Positions 11,727 through 23,275 of a stretch of DNA of 64,000 bases are shown in pieces (position 1 is the first letter of the stretch; the number at the start of each line of letters is the position of its first letter). The notes below the pieces were generated by a model. It did no database searches. It was not told the DNA's origin and saw only the letters and a program-made list of their open reading frames with translations. Made by a program: the position numbers and the translations under genes. The DNA is taken from contig OZ024755.1 of the NCBI GenBank assembly GCA_964016885.1, positions 1,426,001 to 1,490,000 on the forward strand, given 5' to 3'. The DNA is from Eledone cirrhosa. Its lineage: Eukaryota.

Positions 11727-11804
11727 CTTTCCAAAATATTCTGGATCCCCAACTAATATTTTCCGATTATCATGAAGAGAAAAAGGGTGTTGAGAAAGGG
11801 GTTG
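11727..11804 (-). CDS. HDNR-domain (TEX36-like) protein, exon 3
   Basis: ttttag|CAA...GGAAAG|gtaag; QPLSQHPFSLHDNRKILVGDPEYFGK contains the FPFSxHDNR-type signature; 78 nt, phase 0. Confidence 0.85.
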
Positions 11805-12025
11805 CTAAAACATAATAATTAGTTGAAGTTAAGTAATTAAGAAAATATAGATTATCTGCTGGTTATATAAATATATTGATTCCAAGTTGAGTCGGGGGGG
11901 GGGGGGGTAACCAGAGTAAATAAGGTACTCAATACATGTGTAGAGTGAAGACAGATTTATATAGAAATATAATTATTTGTGCATGTAAGATCATGTCTGT
12001 GTAAATATGATTATTTGTGTGTGTG

Positions 12026-12071
<46 letters not shown>

Positions 12072-12141
12072 TGATACAACTATATATATGTGTATATATA
12101 CACACTGATACAACTATATAGATATATATAATCTCTCTCTC

Positions 12142-12186
<45 letters not shown>

Positions 12187-12384
12187 CTCTCTCTCTCTCT
12201 CTGTGTATACACCACCACAACCATGTGAAGCTTGGTCAGCTTCACATGTCTAATCTGATCCCTATAACAAACACTGCAAGGTATTTAGCTCTGTTGTAAC
12301 AACTCAACCAATTTACTGCCACTTCAAAACACAAAATTTAATTTATATATATATAAAAAAAAAAAAAATTAGGTATTCCCCTGC

Positions 12385-12760
12385 CCCCCAAAACCAACCA
12401 GCAGGAGACCCAGTGGTTGACCCCGAGCAAGATGGTTGGATAACATACATGATCTCAGCTGGTCTTATTTGGGGATTAGTTGGAAATGGTTGCTTCTGAC
12501 AGGACCTGCTGAAGGGAGTGTTTGAGGACCCAGGTTCCCAATGAGCCTTCCAGGGCAGAGAAGGGAGTGTTTGAGGACCCAGGTTACCAACGACCCTACC
12601 AGGGCAGAGAAGGGAGTGTTTGAGGACCCAGGTTCCCAACGACCCTACCAGGGCAGAGAAGGGAGTGTTTGAGGACCCAGGTTCCCAACGACCCTTCCAG
12701 GGCAGAGAAGGGAGTTTTTGTGGACCCAGGTTCCCAACGACCCTACCAGGGCAGAGGAGA
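12385..12760 (+). repeat. Dispersed repeat with internal ~49-bp tandem amplification
   Basis: Unit GGACCCAGGTTCCCAACGACCCTACCAGGGCAGAGAAGGGAGTGTTTGA x ~5; un-amplified relative at 52748-52920 (aaaaccaa...ccccgagcaagatggttgg...cttctgacagga). Confidence 0.7.
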
Positions 12761-12797
12761 ACGAAGGGAGGAGAAGTTGTAAAGAAGTTTACGTTAC

Positions 12798-12914
12798 CAT
12801 TAATCTCCATTTGAACCTGTTTGGTGGAGAAGGTTTTGCCAGTTGTCGATACGTACAATTTATATCATTCCGGGCCTCAGAGAGCTTTGTATAACCATGG
12901 AAACCAGAGGGAAA
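12798..12914 (-). CDS. HDNR-domain (TEX36-like) protein, exon 2
   Basis: atttag|TTT...TTAATG|gtaacg; FPSGFHGYTKLSEARNDINCTYRQLAKPSPPNRFKWRLM; 117 nt, phase 0. Confidence 0.8.
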
Positions 12915-13133
12915 CTAAATATAAAAAAAGAGGAACTTGTGACGGGAATAGAATAAAAAAAATTGAAGAATAATAATTTCTGGGTAAACTGGACTAAAGA
13001 AATAATTTGAGTTTGTGACTGATGGGACTTCGGGAGGTCAGAGGTCATATGAGATTTAAGGTTTGGGGGATTTTAGTAGAGCTTGATTCTGAAGCCTACT
13101 CCCACCCCAGCATTGATAACTTGAGGAGATACA

Positions 13134-13171
<38 letters not shown>

Positions 13172-13309
13172 CACATATTTAATTAGAAAGTGAACAACAC
13201 AAAATATTACTACTCCATTACCAAAGGTTTCAGGACTCCAGACAATATTAATATATGTATACTTATACATAAACACACATGTACACACGCACGTGTGGTG
13301 AATGCCAAC

Positions 13310-13850
13310 CAGTAGCGTACTGGCCAGGTTGCACAATGGTAAGTGGGCCTACGGTAGCATTGCAGGGCCCACTGTAGTATTTTAGGGACCAATGCTTAGC
13401 TTTCAAAAAATACCTGAAGTCTAAGAAAAAGAATAAAAAAATTGTTTAGATAAATAAAACAATTAAGCAACACCACATCATTTTGTTTTGAAAGTAGGTT
13501 ATAAGTATGAATTTTCGTAGTTGTCTCAGTGGTAGGTACTAGAGACGGTGGAGATCCTGGCCTTGGGTTCAATCCTGATCAAGAGGTACATGTAACCTTT
13601 TTCAGTTTTTATTTTACATCCCATAGAAAAAAAGACAAAAGGTTTACTACTCCCAACCAGGATTGAACTTCCGATCTGGTTCACCATCGTCTATGATTCC
13701 TCCCACTCGGCCACAGAAACAACTACAGAATTATGATGAAAATTAATAATTATAAACCTACTTTCAAAATCAATATTAAATGATAGCATTCTATATGTAG
13801 CTGGCCCCCTTCATCTGATACCCAATATTTTTAGACCCAGTACGCCATTG
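13310..13850. mobile_element. Non-autonomous hAT element (MITE), 541 bp
   Basis: TIR CAGTAGCGTACTGG / CCAGTACGCCATTG; perfect 8-bp TSD ATGCCAAC at 13302-13309 and 13851-13858. Confidence 0.85.
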
Positions 13851-14389
13851 ATGCCAACTAGTTGTTATCAATAAACTTGTTCTTTAGTTTTAACACTGAT
13901 TTTCTGTTGACTTTGTTGTCTTTAATGTCTTTCTTAGTCTCATATTAGTGATAAAAAAGTGTGAACTAACGGGGCTTATGTATACGCACACGCACGCACG
14001 CGCACACGCACACACGCGCACACACACACGCACACACACACGCACACACACACACAGTCTCCGCGTCCCCAATCTGAAAACTGTAACGAAAGCTCTCGTG
14101 GTAAACCTTATTATACATCTATCTTAGATACACAGGTATGTACCGGTTTAAGGTATGACTACAATAATTTCATTATTATTTTTTAATAAACATGGTAAAC
14201 CTTATTTATACAGACGACGTCTGAGACGGGTAATGTCCCGGTTTAAAGTTTGAAAACAGATAAAAATGCCATGGAATGAACTTCTCGACAAATGTTGATA
14301 ATGATATTTATTTACGAAACCAAAAAGAAGAATCAAATGTATATAAAGGTAAGTAAAATTACTGTCAAGACAGGCTTTTATCAACTTAC

Positions 14390-14416
14390 CCAGGTACCTG
14401 TTATGTTGCTTGTCAT
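14390..14416 (-). CDS. HDNR-domain (TEX36-like) protein, exon 1
   Basis: gcaATG ACA AGC AAC ATA ACA GGT ACC TGG|gtaagt; MTSNITGTW joined to exon 2 gives GxWFP as in TEX36 (GRWFP); total 217 aa. Confidence 0.72.
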
Positions 14417-14658
14417 TGCCAACTTTATATTCAAATATTAGTTTAGAAATCTTGTATTTATTTTCTCACACTTTCACCCAGTCATTGTTGTTCTTACACC
14501 ATTAAACTCTTGTATCTGATTCTAATACAAGCTCATATACTATATATATATAAATATATATAAATATATATACACACGCACACACAAGCCAATAGCATGA
14601 AATAAAAACATGAATAAATATAAAAAATCTCAGGTAACTAAACACAATTGTTTATATT

Positions 14659-14672
14659 GTTGCTATGACAAT
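14659..14672. promoter_or_regulatory. RFX X-box-like motif upstream of the TEX36-like gene
   Basis: GTTGCTATGACAAT versus consensus GTYNCYATRGNAAC (2 mismatches), ~245 bp upstream of the ATG. Confidence 0.4.
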
Positions 14673-14848
14673 AAGACTGTTAAACTAAGATAACTTTCTT
14701 CTGGTACAAGAAAGCTTTCTTTACTTTACTTCCTCATGCTGAGCTTTATAATGAAGAATCTTACGATTTTCTCCCTATGTATATTTTAAGGGCGTTATTT
14801 TCTCTCTATATATTTTAAGGGCGTTATTTTCTCTCTATATATTTTAAG

Positions 14849-15000
14849 GACGGTGGATTGACAGCATAGTTACGTCCTTTACGATCTGAGTTCAAATCCC
14901 GCCGAGGTTGACTTTGCCTTTCATCCTTACGGGGTCGATAAAATAAAGTACCAGTAATGCACTGGGAAATTGCTGACCTTGTGCCTAAAGTAGAAACAGT
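14849..15000 (+). mobile_element. tRNA-derived SINE family A copy
   Basis: gatctgagttcaaatcccgccgaggttgactttgcctttcatccttacggggtcgataaaataaagtaccag; flanked by duplicated GTTATTTTCTCTCTATATA..TTTTAAGG. Confidence 0.85.
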
Positions 15001-15419
15001 TATTTTCTCTCTATATATATATTTTAAGGGCGTTATTTCCGTTATAAAACTTAAAGTTGTCATTTTCTAGTTATCATTAAGGGTGTCTTATATACTTCGA
15101 TACGTAAAAATCGATATATTAATTTTGAATGAGTTGATTACATCTCTATCTATAGAGGTCAGGAAAGTCTTAGGTCCGGTTCAGACCCAGGTCAGCTCTG
15201 GTTCTAGAGTCTTAGGTCTCCGCTAAGTTTCGTTTACATGTATTTAATTTTTTATTGTGTATCGAACCGTTACGCACGTTTCGCAGAGAGTTGGCTCAGC
15301 GTCTCCCATAGAAGTTATGGACCCGACTCCATTGTTGATCTGCTCCTCAGACTAGCGCTACAACCAAAAATATAGTGTTTGCTGTGAATCACATACACTA
15401 TATATCTATCTATCTAGGG

Positions 15420-15586
15420 CCGGTAAAATTCCCGAGATCCATGGACGAGTTCTCTTCAGCGGTCTCTGTCCCTCATTATCGCTGCCATGTCCTGCGTCCC
15501 CAAGAGACCAGTGTCTGTCCTTAGGGCATCAACATATGTTAACCTCGGTCTTCCTCTTCCAGTGTGTCCATGCAGGGACTCCCACA
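15420..15586 (-). mobile_element. RTE/RTEX-type LINE 3' fragment
   Basis: Minus strand translates WESLHGHTGRGRPRLTYVDALRTDTGLL...MRDRDR, a typical RTE-group C-terminus. Confidence 0.65.
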
Positions 15587-16199
15587 TATATACACACACA
15601 CGGTAAGGTAAGGTATAGTTTCTGCTAATGAATACGTAATGATAGACAGGTCACCATTGTAAACATTTCCAAATGTTTTTTGCTATCAATCATCAAAAGT
15701 TATTAGAAGAATATCCAGGTAGATAAATATTTAAGACATCGGTTGTCTCGTCACATTACATTCCATTGTCGACAATGAGTGAATTAGTTTACTACAAAGA
15801 CTACATGTGAATATAAAGGTATATTATGTATGAGCCTGACTTCCATACCGTAATTATATCAGTTTTAACACATATCTTAGATCCTCATATGGACAAGTGT
15901 TTTACATTGATATAGTATTACATATTCCTGTATGTGGTAAGAGTGGTCAAGGGTTCAATTCCTGGACTGAGTTGTGTGTTGTGTTCTTCGGCAAAATACT
16001 TCATTATCACATTACTCCAGAATACTCAGCAGTACCTAAGAATTTAACTATGCAATGGACTAGCGTCATGTCCAGGAGGAGTTTTGTACTCTCACTTCAT
16101 GCCACACAAATTGGGATAAGTACCAGCCTGATGAGCTTCCAGGTTAAAGACAAACTAAATTTGACAGCTTTATCAATAATTTTAGGCTCTTGATGTTTC

Positions 16200-16556
16200 A
16201 AATTGCTCAACAAACTATTTGTGTGGGTCATATGGTTAACTTTTGTCTTTGCAGACATGAATTAGCCTCTTCACATCACATATGACTTATATTGAAGGTC
16301 TTTAGCCACAATTCTTCCAACAGTATGCCTTGAAACCTTGAGTTCCTTAGCAATAATTGACTTTCCTATCAATAATGTTTTGCATCTTTCATACAAATTT
16401 GTGTCCTCTGGAAATATTAGGGTCCTTAGCAGGCGTTTTATTTTGACTACTGCTGAAGAATCTCCATAAGTGGCTTCCAGCTCTTTCTGATCTTTGACAA
16501 CAAATGACCGTACAACTTTCAGGAAGCAAACAATCGCTAAATCACTATACTCTACC
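16200..16556 (-). pseudogene. Tc1/mariner transposase fragment
   Basis: IAKELKVSRHTVGRIVAKDLQYKSYV resembles the second HTH of Tc1/mariner transposases. Confidence 0.55.
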
Positions 16557-16561
16557 TTCAA

Positions 16562-18587
16562 CCCTTTACCATTTACATTACTCTATATATACTATTGTAT
16601 TTTCACAGTAAAGACTTTACCTTACATAATATCTCACATAACCTTTACATTACTCTATATATACTATTGTATTGTCACAGTAAAGGCTTTACCTCACATA
16701 ATATCTCACATAACATTTACATTACTCTATATATACTATTGTATTTTCACAGTAAAGGCTTTACCTCACATAACATTTACATTACTCTATATATACTATT
16801 GTATTTTCACAGTAAAGACTTTACCTCACATAACATTTACATTACTCTATATATACTATTGTATTTTCACAGTAAAGACTTTACCTTACATAATATCTCG
16901 CATAACATTTACATTACTCTATATATACTATTGTATTGTCACAGTAAAGACTTTACCTCACATAACATTTACATTACTCTATATATACTATTGTATTTTC
17001 ACAGTAAAGGCTTTACCTCACATAATATCTCACATAACATTTACATTACTCTATATATACTATTGTATTTTCACAGTAAAGGCTTTACCTCACATAATAC
17101 CTCACATAACATTTACATTACTCTATATATACTATTGTATTTTCACAGTAAAGACTTTACCTTACATAATATCTCACATAACATTTACATTACTCTATAT
17201 ATACTATTGTATTTTCACAGTAAAGACTTTACCTTACATAATACCTCACATAACATTTACATTACTCTATATATACTATTGTATTTTCACAGTAAAGACT
17301 TTACCTTACATAATATCTCACATAACATTTACATTACTCTATATATACTATTGTATTTTCACAGTAAAGACTTTACCTTACATAATATCTCACATAACAT
17401 TTACATTACTCTATATATACTATTGTATTTTCACAGTAAGGACTTTACCTCACATAATATCTCACATAACATTTACATTACTCTATATATACTATTGTAT
17501 TTTCACAGTAAGGACTTTACCTCACATAATATCTCACATAACATTTACATTGCTCTATATATACTATTGTATTTTTACAGTAAAGGCTTTACCTCACATA
17601 ATACCTCACATAACATTTACATTACTCTATATATACTATTGTATTTTCACAGTAAAGACTTTACCTTACATAATACCTCACATAACATTTACATTACTAT
17701 ATATATACTATTGTATTTTCACAGTAAAGACTTTACCTCACATAATATCTCACATAACATTTACATTACTCTATATATACTATTGTATTGTCACAGTAAA
17801 GGCTTTACCTCACATAATATCTCGCATAACATTTACATTACTATATATATACTATTGTATTTTCACAGTAAAGGCTTTACCTCACATAATACCTCACATA
17901 ACATTTACATTACTCTATATATACTATTGTATTTTCACAGTAAAGACTTTACCTTACATAATATCTCGCATAACATTTACATTACTCTATATATACTATT
18001 GTATTTTCACAGTAAAGGCTTTACCTCACATAATATCTCACATAACATTTACATTACTCTATATATACTATTGTATTTTCACAGTAAAGACTTTACCTTA
18101 CATAATATCTCACATAACATTTACATTACTCTATATATACTATTGTATTTTCACAGTAAAGGCTTTACCTCACATAATATCTCACATAATATTTACATTA
18201 CTCTATATATACTATTGTATTGTCACAGTAAAGGCTTTACCTCACATAACATTTACATTACTCTATATATACTATTGTATTTTCACAGTAAAGACTTTAC
18301 CTTACATATCTCACATAATATTTACATTACTCTATATATACTATTGTATTTTCACAGTAAAGACTTTACCTTACATATCTCACATAATATTTACATTACT
18401 CTATATATACTATTGTATTTTCACAGTAAAGGCTTTACCTTACATAATTATTTCACATAACATTGAATCTGTGATTTTGATATTATTTATTTTGAAAACA
18501 ATACTTTAACATCAGTATGAACAGTTGGCTATGGCCGGTTTGAATAGAAAGAGGTGAGAGAATTATGGCCAGATACGGCTGGTTTAA
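16562..18587 (+). repeat. piggyBac-type MITE containing a ~1.9 kb 60/72-bp tandem array
   Basis: Begins CCCTTTACCATTTACATTACTC, amplifies ACATTTACATTACTCTATATATACTATTGTATTTTCACAGTAAAG.CTTTACCTCACATA(ATATCTCACATA), then resumes the MITE body matching 54775-54995. Confidence 0.9.
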
Positions 18588-18717
18588 GGCAGCAATTACA
18601 GCATGGTGGAGATGACGTGTGTGGTAGCAGGTCAATAAGAATAAACTGAAAGGAATGGCTTCTTTGTTATTTTAAATATAGAAATTCACAATGAGCTAAA
18701 GCTGTATATCGTGTATA

Positions 18718-18943
18718 TCATGACTCATACACTATTCACTTCTCTGACATTTGTATATTATTCTATGTACTTTCCTTTCATCCTTACGGAGTCGATAAAA
18801 ACAAAGTAGCAGTAATGTACTGGGATAATTACTGGCCTTGTGCCAAATGTAGAAACAATTATTCTATGTACTATACATTCACCTTTGACGAGTTGTAGTG
18901 CACCTGAGCACTGTACACAATAATTTCATTATCATTATTATTA
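18718..18943 (+). mobile_element. CR1 3' UTR fragment interrupted by a truncated SINE A
   Basis: Matches 27196-27321; the SINE at ~18772-18858 is flanked by TSD TTATTCTATGTACT. Confidence 0.8.
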
Positions 18944-19056
18944 CTAGATAGTCTTTCTTATTTTATTGAAGGAGCTTTTACGTGATCACTTGACTTGCTC
19001 GAAATAACAACCAAATCTCTCTCAAATCACTGCCTATCATCTTGAGAAAAAGAACA

Positions 19057-19958
19057 TATATATTGTAGTCCTAGATAGCCCTAAATACAGGAGTGTCACA
19101 GCCAGAAGATATTATATATTGTAGACCTAGATAGCCCTAAATACAGGAGGGTCACAGCCAGAAGATATTATATATTGTAGACCTAGATAGCCCTAAATAC
19201 AGGAGGGTCACAGCCAGAAGATATTATATATTGTAGTCCTAGATAGCCCTAAATACAGGAGGGTCACAGCCAGAAGATATTATATATTGTAGTCCTAGAT
19301 AGCCCTAAATACAGGAGGGTCACAGCCAGAAGATATTATATATTGTAGACCTAGATAGCCCTAAATACAGGAGGGTCACAGCCCGAAGATATTATATATT
19401 GTAGTCCTAGATAGCCCTAAATACAGGAGGGTCACAGCCCGAAGATATTATATATTGTAGTCCTAGATAGCCCTAAATACAGGAGGGTCACAGCCAGAAG
19501 ATATTATATATTGTAGTCCTAGATAGCCCTAAATACAGGAGGGTCACAGCCAGAAGATATTATATATTGTAGACCTAGATAGCCCTAAATACAGGAGGGT
19601 CACAGCCCGAAGATATTATATATTGTAGTCCTAGATAGCCCTAAATACAGGAGGGTCACAGCCCAAAGATATTATATATTGTAGTCCTAGATAGCCCTAA
19701 ATACAGGAGGGTCACAGCCAGAAGATATTATATATTGTAGTCCTAGATAGCCCTAAATACAGGAGGGTCACAGCCAGAAGATATTATATATTGTAGTCCT
19801 AGATAGCCCTAAATACAGGAGGGTCACAGCCCGAAGATATTATATATTGTAGTCCTAGATAGCCCTAAATACAGGAGGGTCACAGCCCGAAGATATTATA
19901 TATTGTAGTCCTAGATAGCCCTAAGTCCTAGATAGCCCTAAATACAGGAGGGTCACAG
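19057..19958. repeat. 56-bp tandem array inside a dispersed SINE-like element
   Basis: Unit ATATATTGTAGTCCTAGATAGCCCTAAATACAGGAGGGTCACAGCCAGAAGATATT x ~16; flanks (18983-19056, 19959-20022) match dispersed copies at 31430-31610 and 53400-53535. Confidence 0.9.
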
Positions 19959-20396
19959 TTTGTATGTTTTTGATCCTTGGTCTGTTTCATCAAGTTGACC
20001 TGGGGGTTAAACAAACAACAACTGGTAGATGACCTTCAGTTCTTTTTCTTTAATTGTTCCCCTGTTTATACATATGCTGCCCACCCCATCCCACCTCGGC
20101 CTCCAACTTTCTCCTCACCACCACCACCACTAGATATCACGATGTTATCCCCTAACAAGCTGCAACACCTGTCCAAACATGAACACCCCACCAAAATAAA
20201 CCCCCTCTCCTATCTTCCATAGAGTATGTCAAAAATGTCTGCAATAGAGAAAGAAAAACAAAATAGGAATGAATATAAAATATAAAATGGAAAATTACGA
20301 AGATGTCAAAACAAGCAGAATGAAGACTTTATTAGATGGTCGCTAAGTCCCTCCGTCCTTTGATACAGCGTGACACCAGTGACATTGTAACTAATT

Positions 20397-20523
20397 TCTA
20401 CAGTTGAGTAAACTGGAACAACAAAATAAAGTGTCTTGCTCAAGAACACAATGCATGACCTAGGCCGAGAATCGAACTCAACCTCCCGATTGCAATCCTA
20501 ACGCTCTAACCACTAAGCCATGC
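20397..20523 (-). mobile_element. tRNA-derived SINE family B copy
   Basis: Reverse complement of the head of 34611-34750 (taaccactaagcc, atcgaactca, aagtgtcttgctcaagaacaca). Confidence 0.75.
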
Positions 20524-22399
20524 TTCATATATCTATTATTCTAAGCTGTTACTATAGCCCTTGTGTGTAATTCATTGATGCCTTGCATGCCGCGTGGAAA
20601 GGGTGTGATTAGTACATTTACTCATCTTTACAAAGGAGTAGGCGGGATTTAATATAACACACAGCTCACCCACCAGTCTAACCAAGACTTGTTTGTTGTA
20701 TAACATCAAATGTATATATATTATGAAAATTAACAGCAATGGATTATTATTTTTGCGAGGAAAGTATTAGTGGCTTACTTATACACTAGAAGGTTGTCTT
20801 ATAACGGTGTGTGGTGAGTTTGACTTTCTCTCTCTTATTCACAATTCTTCGTATATATTTTTTCGTGTGCGAAATAAACTGATATAAAAGTGTGTATATA
20901 TATAAATATATATATATATTTTCAACATGGTTCCTCGCTATTTCTGCGTGATGAGTTCCTTAATGAAATAATTAGAGACTCATTAAACTTAATAGCTGAT
21001 GTCTGTAATGACATGTCAGCTAGAGAAGTCTAAATTTCTAGTTTTGGTTCGTAAATAAAACATCTCTACCATTATGATAATTAGCCTGGAAGCTGTTTTA
21101 TTTATATATGATTCCATGTCGATTGTCTTTTGTTTAATTACTGTAAAACATTGACACAAACCCTTCAGAAATATATAATAGAAAATATCCGCCGATACGT
21201 TTTAGTTTTGGTTGTTTTTAATCTTAAATTTTATTGATATTATTCAGGTTTTAAAATACCTTTTTACTTCTACTTATATTTCGAGGAATTGTTAATTTAA
21301 GAAGGGAATATAGCGATGGAAGAGCTTCGTGTTAATAATTCTTATAAGACCATCGTCCTACTTGAGTTTTTATTCTGTTTTAATTAATGACCTAACCATC
21401 TCTCTTCTATAACAGTACCCCCAACTTTATCTGCCGTCACTGCTTTTAATTAATGATTAAATACCTCCAAGTAATCTATTGGGGACTGTTTGTTTAGAAA
21501 GTTTACTTTTCAGGTAGAAATTAACAACCGTTTTATTTTAGCCCCGTAATTTAAATTATATTCTCACTCTGTCTATATTTCGGCTGCTAGTTAAATATGG
21601 TTTAGGACCCGCCACAAAGGTCAACCTCGTGCATCTTCTCTTTTTTGATTTCATTTTGTTTTGGCCTTTTAAAACCTTAAACATTAATATCGGAGTTAAA
21701 TTAGTGTAAAGTAAACTTGTGGAGGCTCAGTAAATTTACTAAACCATGATCGCTGTCTATTAAAAATAACAGCCAAAATACTCTTTATATAACACCTTAT
21801 TAATTAAAGAAAGAGAGGATAATGTAATGTTAGATGTACAAGGTCTAAAACTATCAATAACAACACAAAACTGATGGGTTGGTCACCTCGAGAATATTTT
21901 TCTTAACACGCCTCGCACATGATTTCATGATTTCCTCCACAAATTTGTAATTCTATAAATTATTTGAACATTGAATTAAATATATCACTGTTAAAATTTC
22001 GTGGGAGAGAATCTAAACTCTAGATTTATTAAACATTTAACTCTGTAGAAGGACCCCCCACATGTTTATAAGGGCTGAAGTAACATTACCCCTTTTATTG
22101 AGGATATTAGCGACATTTATGAAGGAATAGCTGTATCCCAAGTATATATGTAGAACAAATATGCACAATTTTTATTATATTGATAACAGATAGAAATATA
22201 TATATATTTCTGTCTGTTATCAATATAATAAAAATTGTGTATATTTGTTCTAATATATATATATATATATATATATAATTAATTATTGTTAGGAACCTTA
22301 TAAATATAATTACACAAAAAAGCCATCATTTCAACACTTTATAATAGAAAAAAAAAGAAATTGAATTGTGGGTTATTTTTATGATAGAGAAGACACGCC

Positions 22400-22438
<39 letters not shown>

Positions 22439-22473
22439 GGTGTTAAAGTTTGCTTGAAGCATTGTGAAATGTG

Positions 22474-22912
22474 TAAAAATACGTATTTAAGAAAGCCACA
22501 ACAATGCAAAGGGAAATCTCGAGGTAGGAAGTGAAATATAGATAGGAAAAACAGGTGAAAGTGAAAATTGAGAGAGACAAAGATGAAAACAAAACAAAGG
22601 TAGAAGGGTTACCGTAGTAGAGATTTAATCCCAATATTTCGGGCTCACGCCCATCAACGGGGGAAAGTTCCAGTCTTAACGACATCACAACTTTCTCCGC
22701 TTGGCCTGTTTCCCCCCTTTTGGAACTTTTCCCCCGTTGATGGGCGTGAGCCCGAAATATTGGGATTAAATCTCTACTACGGTAACCCTTCTACCTTTGT
22801 TTTGTTTTTATCTTTGTCTCTCTCAATTTTCACTTTCACCTGTTTTTCCTATCTATATTTCACTTCCTACCTCGAGATTTCCCTTTGCATTGTTGTGGCT
22901 TTCTTAAATACG

Positions 22913-22920
<8 letters not shown>
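22474..22920. mobile_element. ~200-bp inverted repeat pair (48-bp spacer) with minimal hammerhead-like motif; Penelope pLTR-like
   Basis: 22474-22672 is near-identical to the reverse complement of 22721-22920; long (TA)n immediately to the right; mirror ORFs 22443-22688(-) and 22760-22975(+) reflect the inversion. Confidence 0.75.
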
Positions 22921-22977
<57 letters not shown>

Positions 22978-23275
22978 ACCCTGTCTGTGCATACAAGTGC
23001 TTGTTTTAGTATCAACACCAGTAATTCACTGAATTATCTACACTATATATATACATACGGGACTAGAACTGTTTGATTTCATACAAATGTATTCTAGTTT
23101 TGTAGAAGTCATTTCTATATATAATAAAGATTCCTACACTCTACTAACATATTGAGTGCCTTTAACTGTGGCTACCCCACGCCACCGCCCGGGAACCTGT
23201 ATATATAATATTCTATTTATTATATAATGGAAATATTGTAACTATGGTAACAAAAAAAAGAGACATCATAATGCT

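Noticed and set aside
14195-14260. Exon-like GC-richer segment in intron 1 of the TEX36-like gene
   Set aside because: No canonical acceptor in a usable frame, and exon 1 joins exon 2 in frame without it.
16494-18509. 671-aa and 621-aa ORFs (also 55714-56586)
   Set aside because: Translations of a MITE-derived tandem array whose unit lengths are multiples of 3; no ATG start, splice context or domain.
20640-20819. Possible non-coding first exon of the GT61 gene (GTG|GTGAGT donor at 20814); also an AG/GT-bounded block at 27626-28054
   Set aside because: Only splice-like motifs and no ORF; cannot be supported without RNA data.
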